From assembly GCF_036365525.1 (NCBI RefSeq), contig NC_090399.1:52298430-52362429 (forward strand): a stretch of 64,000 nt of DNA, read 5' to 3'. This stretch comes from Heterodontus francisci. Lineage: Eukaryota. This document shows positions 23,385 to 34,859 of the stretch, one piece after another. The translations under genes were made by a program, and so were the position numbers. The notes beneath the pieces were generated by a model, which saw only the letters and a program-made list of their open reading frames with translations, was not told the DNA's origin and did not search any database. Every line of letters begins with the position of its first letter. The first letter of the stretch is position 1.

Positions 23385-26300
23385 AACAAGGTGTAAACAG
23401 TGCTGTAATGTAGGAAACACAGCAGCCAAATTGCACGCAGGAAGCTCCCATAAGCAGAAATGTGAAAATGACCAGATCATCTGTTGTTGTGATGTTGATT
23501 GATGGATAAATATTGTCCAGGGCAACTGATTCACTAATGTCCTTTCGGGAAGGAAATCTGCTGGCTTACCTGGTCTGGCCTACATGTGACTCCAGACCCA
23601 TAGCAATGTAGTTGACTCTTACTTGCCCTCTGAAATGGCCGAGCAAGTCACTCAGTTGTCTCTAACCACTACTAAGTCAATAAAACAGAATGAAACTGGA
23701 CAGACATCGACCTAGACACCGGAAACGACAACGGCAAACCCAGCCCTGTCAACCCTGCAAAGTCCTCCTTCCTAACAACTGGGGGCTTGTGCCAAAGTTG
23801 GGAGAGCTGTCCCACAGACGAGTACAGCAACAGCCTGACATAGTCATACTCACGGAATCATACCTTACAGACAATGTCCCAGTCACTGCCATCACCACCC
23901 CCGGGTATGTCCTGTCCCACTGGCAGGACAGACCCAGCAGAGGTGGCGGCACAGTGGTATACAGTAGGAAGGGAGTTGCCCTGGGATGTCTCAACATCGA
24001 CTCCATACCCCATGAAGTCTCATGGCATCAGGTTAAACATGGGCAAGGAAACCTCCTGCTGATTATCACCGACTGCCCCCCCTCAGCTGATGACTCAGTA
24101 CTCCTCCATGTTGATCAGCGCTTGGAGGAAGCACTGAGAGTAGCAAGGGCACTAAATGTACTCTGGGTGGGGGACTTCAATGTCCATCACCAAGAGTGGC
24201 TTGATAGCACCACTACTGACCGAGCTGGCCGAGTCCTAAAAGACATAGCTACTTGACTGGGTATGCAACAGGTGGTGAGGGAACCAACAAGAGGGAAAAA
24301 TATCATTGACCTCGTCCTCACCAATCTGCCTGCGGCAGATGCATCTGTCCATGACAGTGTTGGTAGGAGTAACCACCGCACAGTCATTGAGGAGACAAAG
24401 TCCCGCCTTCACATTGAGGAAATCCTCCAGCGTGTTGTGTGGCACTATCACCGTGCTAAATGGCATAGATTTCAAACAGATCTAGCAATGCAAACCTGAG
24501 CATCCATGAGGCGCTGTGGGCCATCAGCAGCAGCAGAACTGCACTCAACCACAATCTGTAAACTCATGGCCCAGCATATCCCCCACTCTACCATTACCAT
24601 CAAGCCAGGAGACCAACCCTGGTTCAATGAAGAGTGCAGTAGGGCATGCCAGGAGCAGCACCAGGCATACCTCAAAATGAGGTGTCAACCTGAAGCTACA
24701 ACACAGGACTATCTGCGTGCCAAACTGCGTAAGTAGCATGCGATAGACAGAGCTAAGTGATCCCATAACCAATGGATCAGATCTAAGCTCTGCAGTCCTG
24801 CCACATCCAGCCGTGAATGGTGATGGACAATTGAGCAACTGGTTCCACAAATATCCCCATCCTCAATGATGGGGGAGCCCAGCACATCAGTGCGAAAGAT
24901 AAGGCTGAAGCATTAGCAACAATCTTCAGCCAGAAGTGCTGAGTCGATGATCCATCTCGGCCTACTCATGAGGTCCCCAGCATCATAGATGCCAGACTTC
25001 AGCCAATTCGATTCACTCCATGAGATATCAAGAAACGACTGAAGGCACTGGATACTGCAAAGGCTATGGGCCCTGACAATATTCCGGCAATAGACTGAAG
25101 ACCTGTGCTCCAGAACTTGCCATGCCCCTAGCCAAGCTGTTCCTGTACAGCTACAACACTGGCATCTACCCTGTAATGTGGAAAATTGCCCAGGTATGTC
25201 CTGTACACAAAAAGCAGGACAAGTCCAACCCGGCCAATTACAGCCCCATCAGTCTACTCTCAATCATCATTAAAGTGATGGAAAGTGTCATCAACAGTGC
25301 TATCAAGCGGCACTTGCTTAGCAATCACCTGCTCAGTGACGCTCAATTTGGGTTCTGCCAGGGACACTCAGCTCCTGACCTCATTACAGCCTTAGTTCAA
25401 ACATGGGCAAAAGAGCTGAACTCAAAGAGGTTAGGTGAGAGTGACTGCCCTTGACATCAAGGCAGCATTTGACTGAGTATGGCATCAAGGTGCCCTAGCA
25501 AAACTGGAGTCAATGGGAATCAGGGGAAAACTCCGCTGGTTGGAGTCATACCTAGCGCAAAGGAAGATGGTTGCAGTTGTTGGAGGTCAATCATCTCAGC
25601 TCCAGGACATCACTGCAGGAGTTCCTCAGGGTAGTGTCCTAGGCCCAACCATCTTCAGCTGCTTCATCAATGACCTTCCTTCAATCATAAGGTCAGAATT
25701 GGGGATGTTTGCTGATGATTGCACAATGTTCAGCACCATTCGCAACTCCTCAGATACTGAAGCAGTCCGTGTAGAAATGCAGCAAGACCTGGACAATATC
25801 CAGGCTTGGACTGATAAGTGGCAAGTAACATTTGTGCCACACAAGTGCCAGGCAATGACCATCTCCAACAAGGGAGAATCTAACCAAATCCCTTTGACAT
25901 TCAAAGGCACTGAATCCCCCACTATCAACATCCCAGGGTTTCCATTGACCCAGAAAATGAACTGGAGTAGTCATATAAATACAATGGCTACAAGAGCAGG
26001 GCAGAGGCTAGGATCCTACGGTGAGGAACTCACCTCCTGACTCCCCAAAGTCTGTCCACCATCTGCAAGGCACAAGTCAGGAGTGTGATGGAATACTCTC
26101 CACTTGCCTGAATGGGTGCAGCTCCAACAACACTCAAGAAGCTCGACACCATCCAGGACAAAGCAGCCCACTTGATTCACACCCGATCTACAAACATTCA
26201 CTCCCTCCACCACCGATGCACAGTGGCAGCAGTGTGCACCATCTACAAGATGCACTGCAGCAATGCACCAAGGCTCCTTCGACAGCACCTTCCAAACCCG

Positions 26301-26830
26301 CGACCTCTACCAACTAGAAGGACAAGGGAAGCAAATGAATGGCAACTGCACCACCTGCAAGTTCCCCTCCAAGTCACACACAATCCTGACTTGGAACTAT
26401 ATCGCCGTTCCTTCACTGTTGCTGGGTTAAAATCCTGGAACTTCCTTTCTAACAGCACTGTGGGTATACCTACCCCAAATGGACTGCAGCGGTTCAAGAA
26501 GCTCACCACCACCTTCTCAAGGGCAATTAGGGATGGGCAATAAATGCTGGCCTGGCCAGCGACGCCCAGATCCCATGAATGAATTAAAGAAACTGAGATA
26601 TCTCACCTGGTCTTCTTTAAAATGGTGCCATGGGATCTTTTACCTCCACCTGAGGTGGAGTGAGGAAAAGACAGGCTTCAGTTTAACACCTCATTCAACA
26701 GACTGCACCTCCAACACTGCAATACTTCTTCCCTCAGTACTGTACTGGAATATCAGCTTTAAGTTTACGTTGATGTCCTAGAACAGGACTTGAAACTACA
26801 ACCTTTTGACTTTAATGCAATGATACAATC
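23385..26830 (-). mobile_element. Deu-domain SINE split in two (23385-23529 and 26591-26830) by a LINE insertion
   Basis: The two halves are collinear with the SINE at 822-1875; AACTGA is duplicated at the junctions. Confidence 0.7.
23530..26590 (+). mobile_element. tRNA-headed-family single-ORF LINE, slightly 5'-truncated (head missing), EN+RT with stops and frameshifts
   Basis: ORFs 23690..24256 (PDIVILTES, WVGDFN), 25122..25454, 25513..26040 (GVPQGSVLGP, FADD), 26112..26543; TSD AACTGA at 23524-23529 and 26591-26596. Confidence 0.95.
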
Positions 26831-26869
26831 AACTGAGCCACAGTTGGCCCTAAGCAGCTACAGCAATTT

Positions 26870-27250
26870 AATGCAGTGAAATCTAAAGTGTTTCAATTTG
26901 GTCAGAAGAATGAGCAGCTGCAGTATAAAGAGTACAATTTGAAATGAGTGCATGAACAGAGAGACCTGGGGATTTACGTACACAAATCATTGAGGTGACA
27001 GGACAAGTTGAGAAGACTGTTAATATGGGATCCTTGGCTTTATAAACAGAGGCATAGAGAACAGCAGCAAGTATTTATGCTAAACCTCTACAAATCACTG
27101 GTTAGTCTACAGCTGGACTACGGTGTCCCATCCTTTATGAAGGATGTCAAGACCTTGGACAGGCTGCTGAAGAGATTTACATGACTGGTACCAGAGGTGC
27201 AGGACAAGGGTTTCCTGGAGAGAATAGAGAAGCTGGGATGTTCCCCTTAT
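26870..27250 (+). mobile_element. Old CR1 RT C-terminal fragment
   Basis: Degenerate RDLGIYVH and LYKSLV...LDY-like coding remnants similar to other CR1 copies in the window. Confidence 0.7.
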
Positions 27251-27259
27251 ATTGGCTGG

Positions 27260-27778
27260 GTTTGACAGCATTGTAACACTCAACTGTTCTCTCTGAGTCT
27301 GTGATGAACAGATGGTAATATTGTATAGTTTTCTCAGCTCATCTTGGGTTCAAGTATGATACCAAAGTTAACAAAGAATTAAGTTCAGCCTCAGGTAGTT
27401 GCCAGGGAGAGGGATGGAATCTGTGGCTAATGAACAGAGTTTGTGGTGGGAAGCACAACTGGATGTTGGATAAGCATATTAGATTATTCACTCCTAATAT
27501 GGGAAGGACAGTATAGTAATATCTGCTTGCTTTTTTTGGTCTGGCTTGGACAGTATTGTAATATTGAATTGCTCTCTTCTAATCTGGGATGGACAGTATT
27601 GAATATATTAATATTTCTCTCCTCACCTGGGATGGAGAATACTGTAAGAATTGAAAACTTTCTCTCAATCTGGGATGGACAATGTTGTAATTTTTGATTG
27701 TTCTCTCCTGGTCTGGGACAAACAGTATTATCATATTCAATTGTTCTCTCTCAGTCTGTGATGGACAGTATTGTAATA
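27260..27778. repeat. Degenerate ~45-50 bp tandem repeat (TCTGGGATGGACAGTATTGTAATATT...)
   Basis: Recurrent GGACAGTATTGTAATATT core. Confidence 0.75.
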
Positions 27779-28193
27779 TTCGAGTAGCTGCAGCTGGAGA
27801 TACTTCCTGCACACTTGTTTGCCCTGGACATTGGAAATGTCCCTGACTTCCCACATTGCACAGGAGGAGTACTCCACACTGCCGAGCTGCCCTGTCATGA
27901 CTTACCCTTAATTTACTCAAAAAATTTGAGATTATTTACTCCAGGGACCTTAATTCCTTAAAATCACTACTTACTATAAATATAAGAAAAAGCAATAATT
28001 ACTTGTAATTATTCATAAATTACACGAATTAAAAACTAAAAAGACAGTATAGTAGAACTAACCTTTTCACTTTGAGGATTTTTTTAAAAAGAACTTTCTC
28101 TGCCCTGATTTTACAGTCACGAACAGCTGTTACTTCTCAACCAATCAGCTTACAGATTTCCCGTGATGTCACAGTAAGTTTCCCCCCCCCCTT

Positions 28194-28518
28194 NNNNNNN
28201 NNNNNNNNNNNNNNNNNNNNNNNNNNNNNNNNNNNNNNNNNNNNNNNNNNNNNNNNNNNNNNNNNNNNNNNNNNNNNNNNNNNNNNNNNNNNNNNNNNNN
28301 NNNNNNNNNNNNNNNNNNNNNNNNNNNNNNNNNNNNNNNNNNNNNNNNNNNNNNNNNNNNNNNNNNNNNNNNNNNNNNNNNNNNNNNNNNNNNNNNNNNN
28401 NNNNNNNNNNNNNNNNNNNNNNNNNNNNNNNNNNNNNNNNNNNNNNNNNNNNNNNNNNNNNNNNNNNNNNNNNNNNNNNNNNNNNNNNNNNNNNNNNNNN
28501 NNNNNNNNNNNNNNNNNN
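28194..28518. other. Assembly gap (325 N)
   Basis: Run of N, flanked by poly-C and (GA)n. Confidence 1.
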
Positions 28519-28627
28519 GCAAGAGAGATCGAGAAAGAGCGAGAGAGAGAGAGAGCAAGAGAGAGAGAGAGAGCGAGCGAGAGAGAGAGAGCGAGAGAGC
28601 GAGAGAGAGAGAGAGAGAGAGCGAGAG
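28519..28627. repeat. (GA)n microsatellite
   Basis: Directly visible. Confidence 0.95.
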
Positions 28628-28632
28628 CCTTT

Positions 28633-28935
28633 CGACTGCCTCCGCCGCTCCGGGTCCGCCTGACGACTGCCTCCGCCGCTCCGGGTCCGCCTGCCGACTG
28701 CCTCCGCCGCTCCGAGTCCGCCTGACGACTGCCTCCGCCACTCCGGGTCCGCCTGCCGACTGCCTCCGCCGCTCCAGATCCACCTGACGACTGCCTCCGC
28801 CGCTCCGGGTCCGCCTGACGACTGCCTCCGCCACTCCGGGTCCGCCTGCCGACCATCTCCGCCACTCCGGGTCCGCCTGCGGACTGCCACTGTCGCTCCG
28901 GATCCGCCTGCCAACTGCCTGCGTCGCTCTGGTTC
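28633..28935. repeat. 31-bp GC/CpG-rich tandem repeat (GACTGCCTCCGCCGCTCCGGGTCCGCCTGCC)
   Basis: About 10 copies; probably within the CR1 5' UTR. Confidence 0.92.
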
Positions 28936-29087
28936 AAGTTAAGTGTAGGCCTTGAGCCCCGCTCTTTCTTATGTAGGTCCCACTCTGGATCTGCCTCCTC
29001 CCAGGTCCACCTGCCAACTGCCGCCGCTGGTCCGGTCCAAGGTAAGTGTAGGCCTCAAGGCCCGCCCTTTTTTATGTCCTCAAAATC

Positions 29088-30730
29088 CGTTTTTCCGATC
29101 TGGAGCGGCGGCTGGGGACAAGGTGGAGCATCAGCGAGGCTGAGAGAATCGTGGATAGCACGTACAGGGATGTGGTCACACCACAGGTAAAGACTGCTCA
29201 GGCAGAATGGGAATGGGTGAGCGCCAGGCAGAGTGGAAGAACTAGGCAGGTAGGGCAGGAGTCCCCGGGTCCGTCTCCCTCGCTAACAGATTTTCTGCTT
29301 TGGATACTGTTGGGGGAGATAGCTTCTCAGGGGAATGCAGCAAGAGCCAAGTCTGTGGCACCATGGGTGGCTCAGCTGCACAGGAGGGGAGGAAAAAGAG
29401 TGGAAGAGCTTTAGTGATAGGGGATTCTATCATAAGGGGTACAATTAGGCATTTCTGTGGCCGCAAACGTGACTCCAGGGTGCTATGTTGCCTCCCTGGT
29501 GCTCAGGTCAAGGATGTCATGGGGCGGCTACAGAACATTCTGTAGGGAGAGGGTGAACAGTCATAGGTCATGGTTCACATTGGTACCGATGACATAAGGA
29601 GAAAGATGCAACAAGAATTTAGGGAGCTAGGTAGCAGATTAAAAAGCAGGGCCTCAAAGGTTGTAATCTCTGGATTACTCCTGTTGCCACGTGCTAGTAA
29701 GTTTTGGAATAGGAGGAAAGATCAGATTAATGCGTGGCTGAGGAGGTGGTGCAGGAGGTATGGCTTTAGTTTCCTGGATCACTGGGTCTGTTTCTGACGA
29801 AGGTGGGACCTGTACAAGTTGGATGGGTTGCACCTGAACTGGAACAGGACCAACATGCTTGCAGGGAGGTTTGCTAGTGCCGTTGGGGGGTGGGGGGGCG
29901 GTGGGGTTTAAACTAATTTAGCAGGGGGATGGGATACAGAGTGGATGTACAGTAGGGGGAGATGCACAGCCAAATATAGAAGAAAAATTAAGTCAGTCTG
30001 GAAGGCAGAGCAAATAGAGACTGTTAAGGCACAAGTGACTAATGCAAGGCTGGATTGCATCTATTTTAATGCAAGGAATCTGACAAGTAAGGCAGATGAA
30101 TTGAGGGCATTGATTAACACATGGGATTATAATATTATTGCAAATAACAGAGACATGGCTGAGGGAAGGGCAGGACTGGCAGCTCAATATTCCAGGATAT
30201 AGAATCTTCAGACGTGACAGGGGAGGGAGGGAGTAAAAGAGGAGGCAGCATTACGCTATTGATCAAGGAATCAATTACTGCAGTAAGGAGGGATAATATC
30301 TTAGATGGTTCCTCAAATGAGGCCACATGGGTAGAACTTAAAAACAAAAAGGGGGCAATCGCTTGGCTGGGAGAGTAATAGAGGCCTCCAAATAGTCAGG
30401 GAGCTATCGAGGAGCAGATATGTAAGCAAATCTCAGAGAGGTGTAAAAATAATAGGGTAATAATAGTAGGGGATTTCAACTTCCCCAATATTAACTGGGA
30501 TAGTCTTAGTGCAAAAGGATTAAAGGGGACAGAATTCTTAAAGTGCATACAGGAGAGCTTTTTGAGCCAGCACAGAGAACGTTCTACAAGAGAAGGGGCA
30601 GTATAGGACCTAATCCTAGGGAATGAAGCCAGACAAGTGGTAGAAGTGTCAGTGGGAGAGCATTTTGGGGATAGTGACCATAACTCTGTACGATTTAAGG
30701 TGGTTATGGAAAAGGACAAAGATGGATCAG
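29088..30730 (+). mobile_element. CR1 LINE: ORF1 (coiled coil, SGNH esterase) and ORF2 endonuclease, 3' part missing
   Basis: LVIGDSIIRG (29300..29545), VHIGTDD (29570..29797), CIYFNARN, VGDFN, GDSDHN. Confidence 0.93.
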
Positions 30731-30734
30731 AAAT

Positions 30735-31097
30735 ATGGTCCGGAAAGAGATGGAAGCAGGCAGGGCAGGAGAGGAGGTTCTGTTCCAACTGGGACCACAC
30801 AGCTTTCTGTTCAAACACACTGTTTCTGCAATGTTAAAACTCTCAGTTCAAAACTCTGCAACAGCCAGTCGGTCATGTGACGAAACTGGTCTGACCACGT
30901 CTGTTTGTGGTTTGAATTAGAGCAGGAAACTTCCTTTGTTCCACACTGTCGGCTAACATGCAATCTTTTTTTAGCCAAACTGGCAGCCATTGTAATGGAT
31001 CTTCTCTTCTTCCCAGTTACAATTTATAATCTGTGTTCCATGTCCATACAGCAAAATTAATATGCCTCATACTTGGCAGGTGGGGGCCTGTGCGACA
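30735..31097 (-). mobile_element. LTR fragment related to the LTR at 36549-37463
   Basis: Shares CTCTCAGTTCAAA, GTGAC...CTGGTCTGACCA and TTAATATGCCTCAT...GACA with 37110-37463. Confidence 0.7.
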
Positions 31098-31099
31098 CT

Positions 31100-32160
31100 A
31101 CCTACAGATACAGCACTGTACAGATTTAGGCCTGTACACTCTCTCTCTCTCTCTCTCTACAGATACAGCACTGTCAGGTTTAGGCCTGGTCCCGCCCTCT
31201 CTACAGATACAGCACTGTACAGATTTAGGCCTGTACACTCTCTCTCTCTCTCTCTCTACAGATACAGCACTGTCAGATTTAGGTCTGAGCCCTCTCTCTC
31301 TCCTTCTCTCTCTATGGATACAGCACTGTCAATTTTAGGCCTGATCTTTCTCTGTCTTTTTCTCTCTACAGATAGAGCATTGTCAGTTTTAGGCCTGGTC
31401 TCTCTCTCTCTCTCTGGAGATACAGCACTGACAGGTTTAGGCCTGTTCTCTCTCTACAGATACAGCACTGTCAGTTTTAGTCCTGGTCCCGCCCTCTCTA
31501 CAGATACAGCACTGTCAGGTTTAGGCCAGGCCTCGCCCTCTCTGTCTACGGATACAGCACTGTTAGTTTTAGGCCTGTTCTCTCTCTTTCTCTCTCTCTC
31601 GACAGATACAGCATTGTCAGTTTTCGGCCTGGTCTCTCTCTCTCTCTACAGACACAGCACTGTCAGTTTTAGGCCTGGCCTCTACCTCTCTCTCTACGGA
31701 TACAGCACTGTCAGTTTTAGGCCTGGTCACGCTCCCTCTCTACAGATACAGCACAGTCAGTTTTAGGCCTGTTCTCTCTCTCTCTAATTCACTCTCCAGA
31801 TACAGCACTATCAGTTTTAAGCCTGGCCTGTCTCTCTCCCTACAGATACCGCACTTTCAGTGTTAGGTCTCATCTCTCTCTCTCTCTCTCTACAGATACA
31901 GTACTGTCAGTTTTAGGCCTGGTCTTTCTCTTTCTGTCCCTCTCTCTCTACGGATACAGCACTGTCAGTTTTAGGCCCGGTCCCGCCCTCTCTACAGATA
32001 CAGCACTGATAGGTTTAGGCCTGGCCTCTCCCTCTCTCTCTACGGATACAGCACTGTCAGTTTTAGGCCTGGTCTCTCTCTTTCTCTCTCTCTCGACAGA
32101 TAAAGCATTGTCAGTTTTAGGCCTGGTCTCTAACTCTCTCTCTCTACAGATACAGCACTG
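31100..32160. repeat. Tandem repeat, ~40-60 bp unit with variable (CT)n (CTACAGATACAGCACTGTCAGTTTTAGGCCTG)
   Basis: More than 20 copies visible. Confidence 0.95.
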
Positions 32161-32783
32161 TCAGTGTGAGAATGTACAGTGAGGGTGAGAGCTGCAGTCA
32201 GGGTGTGTGTACTTTAATAATGGACAGACACTCAGTGTGAGAATGTGCAGTGAGCGTGAGAGCTGCAGTCAGGGTGTGTGTACTTTAATAATGGACAGAC
32301 ACTCAGTGTGAGAATGTGCAGTGAGCGTGAGAGCTGCAGTCAGGGTGTGTGTACTTTAATAATGGACAGACACTCAGTGTGAGAGTGTACAGTGAGGGTG
32401 AGAGCTGCAGTCAGGGTGTGTGTACTTTAATAATGGACAGACACTCATTGTGAGAATGTGCAGTGAGCGTGAGAGCTGCAGTCAGGGTGTGTGTACTTTA
32501 ATAATGGACAGACACTCAGTGTGAGAATGTGCAGTGAGCGTGAGAGCTGCAGTCAGGGTGTGTGTACTTTAGTAATGGGACAGACACTCAGTGTGAGAGT
32601 GTACAGTGAGGGTGAGAGCTGCAGTCAGGGTGTGTGTACTTTAATAATGGACAGACACTCATTGTGAGAATGTGCAGTGAGCGTGAGAGCTGCAGTCAGG
32701 GTGTGTGTACTTTAGTAATGGGACAGACACTCAGTGTGAGAGTGTACGGTGAGGCTGAGAGTTGGAATCAGGGTGTGTGTACT
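32161..32783. repeat. 71-bp minisatellite
   Basis: TCAGTGTGAGAATGTGCAGTGAGCGTGAGAGCTGCAGTCAGGGTGTGTGTACTTTAATAATGGACAGACAC, about 8.7 copies. Confidence 0.95.
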
Positions 32784-32869
32784 CTACCAGCACCTTTTCT
32801 GTTTCCTCCCTTCCTATTTATCTTCCTCCACCTCCTCCTGCTCCTCCTCCACCTCCTCCCTCTTCTTGC

Positions 32870-33690
32870 AGGATGTCCTGTTCTGTGTGGCCTCTCATCA
32901 TTCTCCCAGTCATGTTCAATTACTAGAGGAAGCCCCACCAGGCCACTCATATCAGAAAACACCTTCTTTCAGCACAGCAGCAGCCAGAGCACTCCCTGTG
33001 GCTATTGAAACATTAACCAAGTGTACAAAACCTCAGAAACATATCCAATTGCACCAGCAGTCAGCAGAATTAATCCAGCAACCAACATGTCAAATGGCTG
33101 AATGACAGGAAACAGAGAGTTATTAATTATCTGAAAGGCAGAACATTTGCAGGTCTATCGGGAAAGGGCAGAGATAGTGGGACTGGGTGATTTACTCTCA
33201 CATGGAGCCAACATGGACACAGTAGGCCGAATGGCTGCTTTCGCGCTGTTACCATTCTGAGTCTATGATTCAGTTCATTTATCTTGCCCCAGTCTTCAGT
33301 ACCGACCGTATTCAAGTCTCCAATATACACCACAGAATACCCATGAAACCAAATGCAACACCGTTGAAACAAACCATCGGCCCCTCAAGCAAAGGTTTCA
33401 CTGCCCAGATCACCCGGGGGGATCTCTGTGTCCCAACAGAGTCTCCATGTTAGTGGTGATGTGCTGTCTCCTCCCAACTTCGCAGCTCTGAGGATGCAGT
33501 CACTACCTCTTGGGGTCCGGAGGCCACCCCGGGAGGAGGAGGAGGATGAGGTGGGGAGGAAGAGGAGGAGGTGGAAGTGGAGGAAGAGGGTTAAGAGGAG
33601 GAGGAGGGCGAAGGAGGCGGGGAAGAAAAGGATGAGGAGGAGAAAGGAAGGAGACCACATGCCCCATGTGAGAGAGATCGTATTGTGAGG
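32870..33690 (+). mobile_element. PIF/Harbinger (HARBI1-like) transposase relic
   Basis: ARALPVAI (~32985-33010). From ~33355, frameshifted QTIG..KQRFHC.D..GGSL..RVSMLVVMCCLL.N followed by an acidic/purine-rich stretch, matching the Harbinger C-terminus. Confidence 0.65.
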
Positions 33691-33799
33691 CTTTGCTTTA
33701 GTTAAAAGGAACGTCCCCACCCCCAGTATGGAGACACCATTCCCTAACAGTACATCCATATCAGACTCCCCATCACAAAGTCCCTTTGGCCAACATCAT

Positions 33800-34600
33800 G
33801 CAGTAAAGACCAACAGAAAAAACCTTCATACAACAACTTTATCCAGAAACACATCAATAATATAAAAAAAACTAATCACCCTTGTGCATTCCATTATTGC
33901 CTATCATGCAGGTGCCTTTGCCTGTCCTCGTGCTCCTACATAGTGTTACCCAGTGGCTGGTGGAAGGCTGTTGACTGTCACTGGGATAGACTGCAGATGG
34001 CTTTCATGGGATGACCTCGAGCAGCTCTGGGTCTAGAAGGCCCAGCTTTGGACTGCATTACCTCGATATCGGTGGAAACAGTCTGGGCTGGCTGACTGAC
34101 AGGAAACAGTAAGGGCAATGACGATCTGTCAGTGATAGGAGTATGAATGTGTCACCCTGAGAAAGGGCAGCAGGTTGTGCCTCTCGGAGCCACTGCCAGT
34201 CCCTGGGGTGGAATCTCAGCAATCCTAGTAATCTGCTGAAGGACGGGTTGCTGGACTGCTGTAAGAACCTGCAAGATCCATTCAGCATTGGGATCCACAT
34301 GCACATGTCAACTGTCTGAGCCTGACTGCCAGCAGCCAGGAATCTCATACCCTCAGTCTGAACTTCCACTGCAGCACTGAGACATCGGGAAGCCTCTGCC
34401 TGTGCCACAGTGGAAGCTGAGACAGCAACCAGCAGACACCCCATCGCGGGTCAGTCTGGTCGTGCTGCCATGAAGGTGCCCACCACTTCCACAGTGGAAA
34501 GGATGAGCACTCAGACCTCCAGGGAGTTCACACACAAGCTGTCCTATTGCCCTGTCCTGGCTACAGCTCACTCATACCCAGTGATTCACCATGTGCAGAT
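33800..34600 (-). mobile_element. Probable Harbinger second-gene (Myb-type protein C-terminal) relic, convergent with the transposase
   Basis: Position and orientation relative to the transposase relic, plus an Ala/Gln-rich helical ORF 34058..34444. The Myb domain itself is not seen. Confidence 0.4.
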
Positions 34601-34859
34601 CCCGAAAGTTCATTTTGAAGACTGTTGTATATTGACCATGGCACCATGCTACAGGAAGCTGTGCAAGTGGGGGCAGAAAAAAGGAAAGTATTGGTAGTAG
34701 GGGACAGTATAGTAAGGATATAGTATAGTGTTCTCTGCAGCAAAGAGCGAGAGTCCAGAAGGCTGTGTTACCTGCCAGGTTTCAGGGCATCTGTTCAGGG
34801 CTGGAGAGGAACTTACAGTGGGAGGGGGAGGATCCAGTTGTCGTGGTTCATGTAGGTAC

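Larger units (their letters stand above)
27779..29087 (-). mobile_element. Inverted 5' part of a CR1 (5' UTR and ORF1 N-terminal zinc finger)
   Basis: Minus strand from 27898 reads MTGQLGSVEYSSCAMWEVRDISNVQGKQVCRKYLQLQLLE; the continuation is on the + strand from 29088. Confidence 0.7.

Noticed and set aside
28072-28937. ORFs of 217-266 aa
   Set aside because: They run through the N gap, (GA)n and the 31-bp repeat.
31062-31766. 234-aa + strand ORF
   Set aside because: Translation of the (CT)n-containing tandem repeat.
32785-33105. Strong polypyrimidine acceptor at ~32870 suggesting a host exon
   Set aside because: Downstream sequence resembles a Harbinger transposase N-terminus, and no matching donor or partner exons were found.
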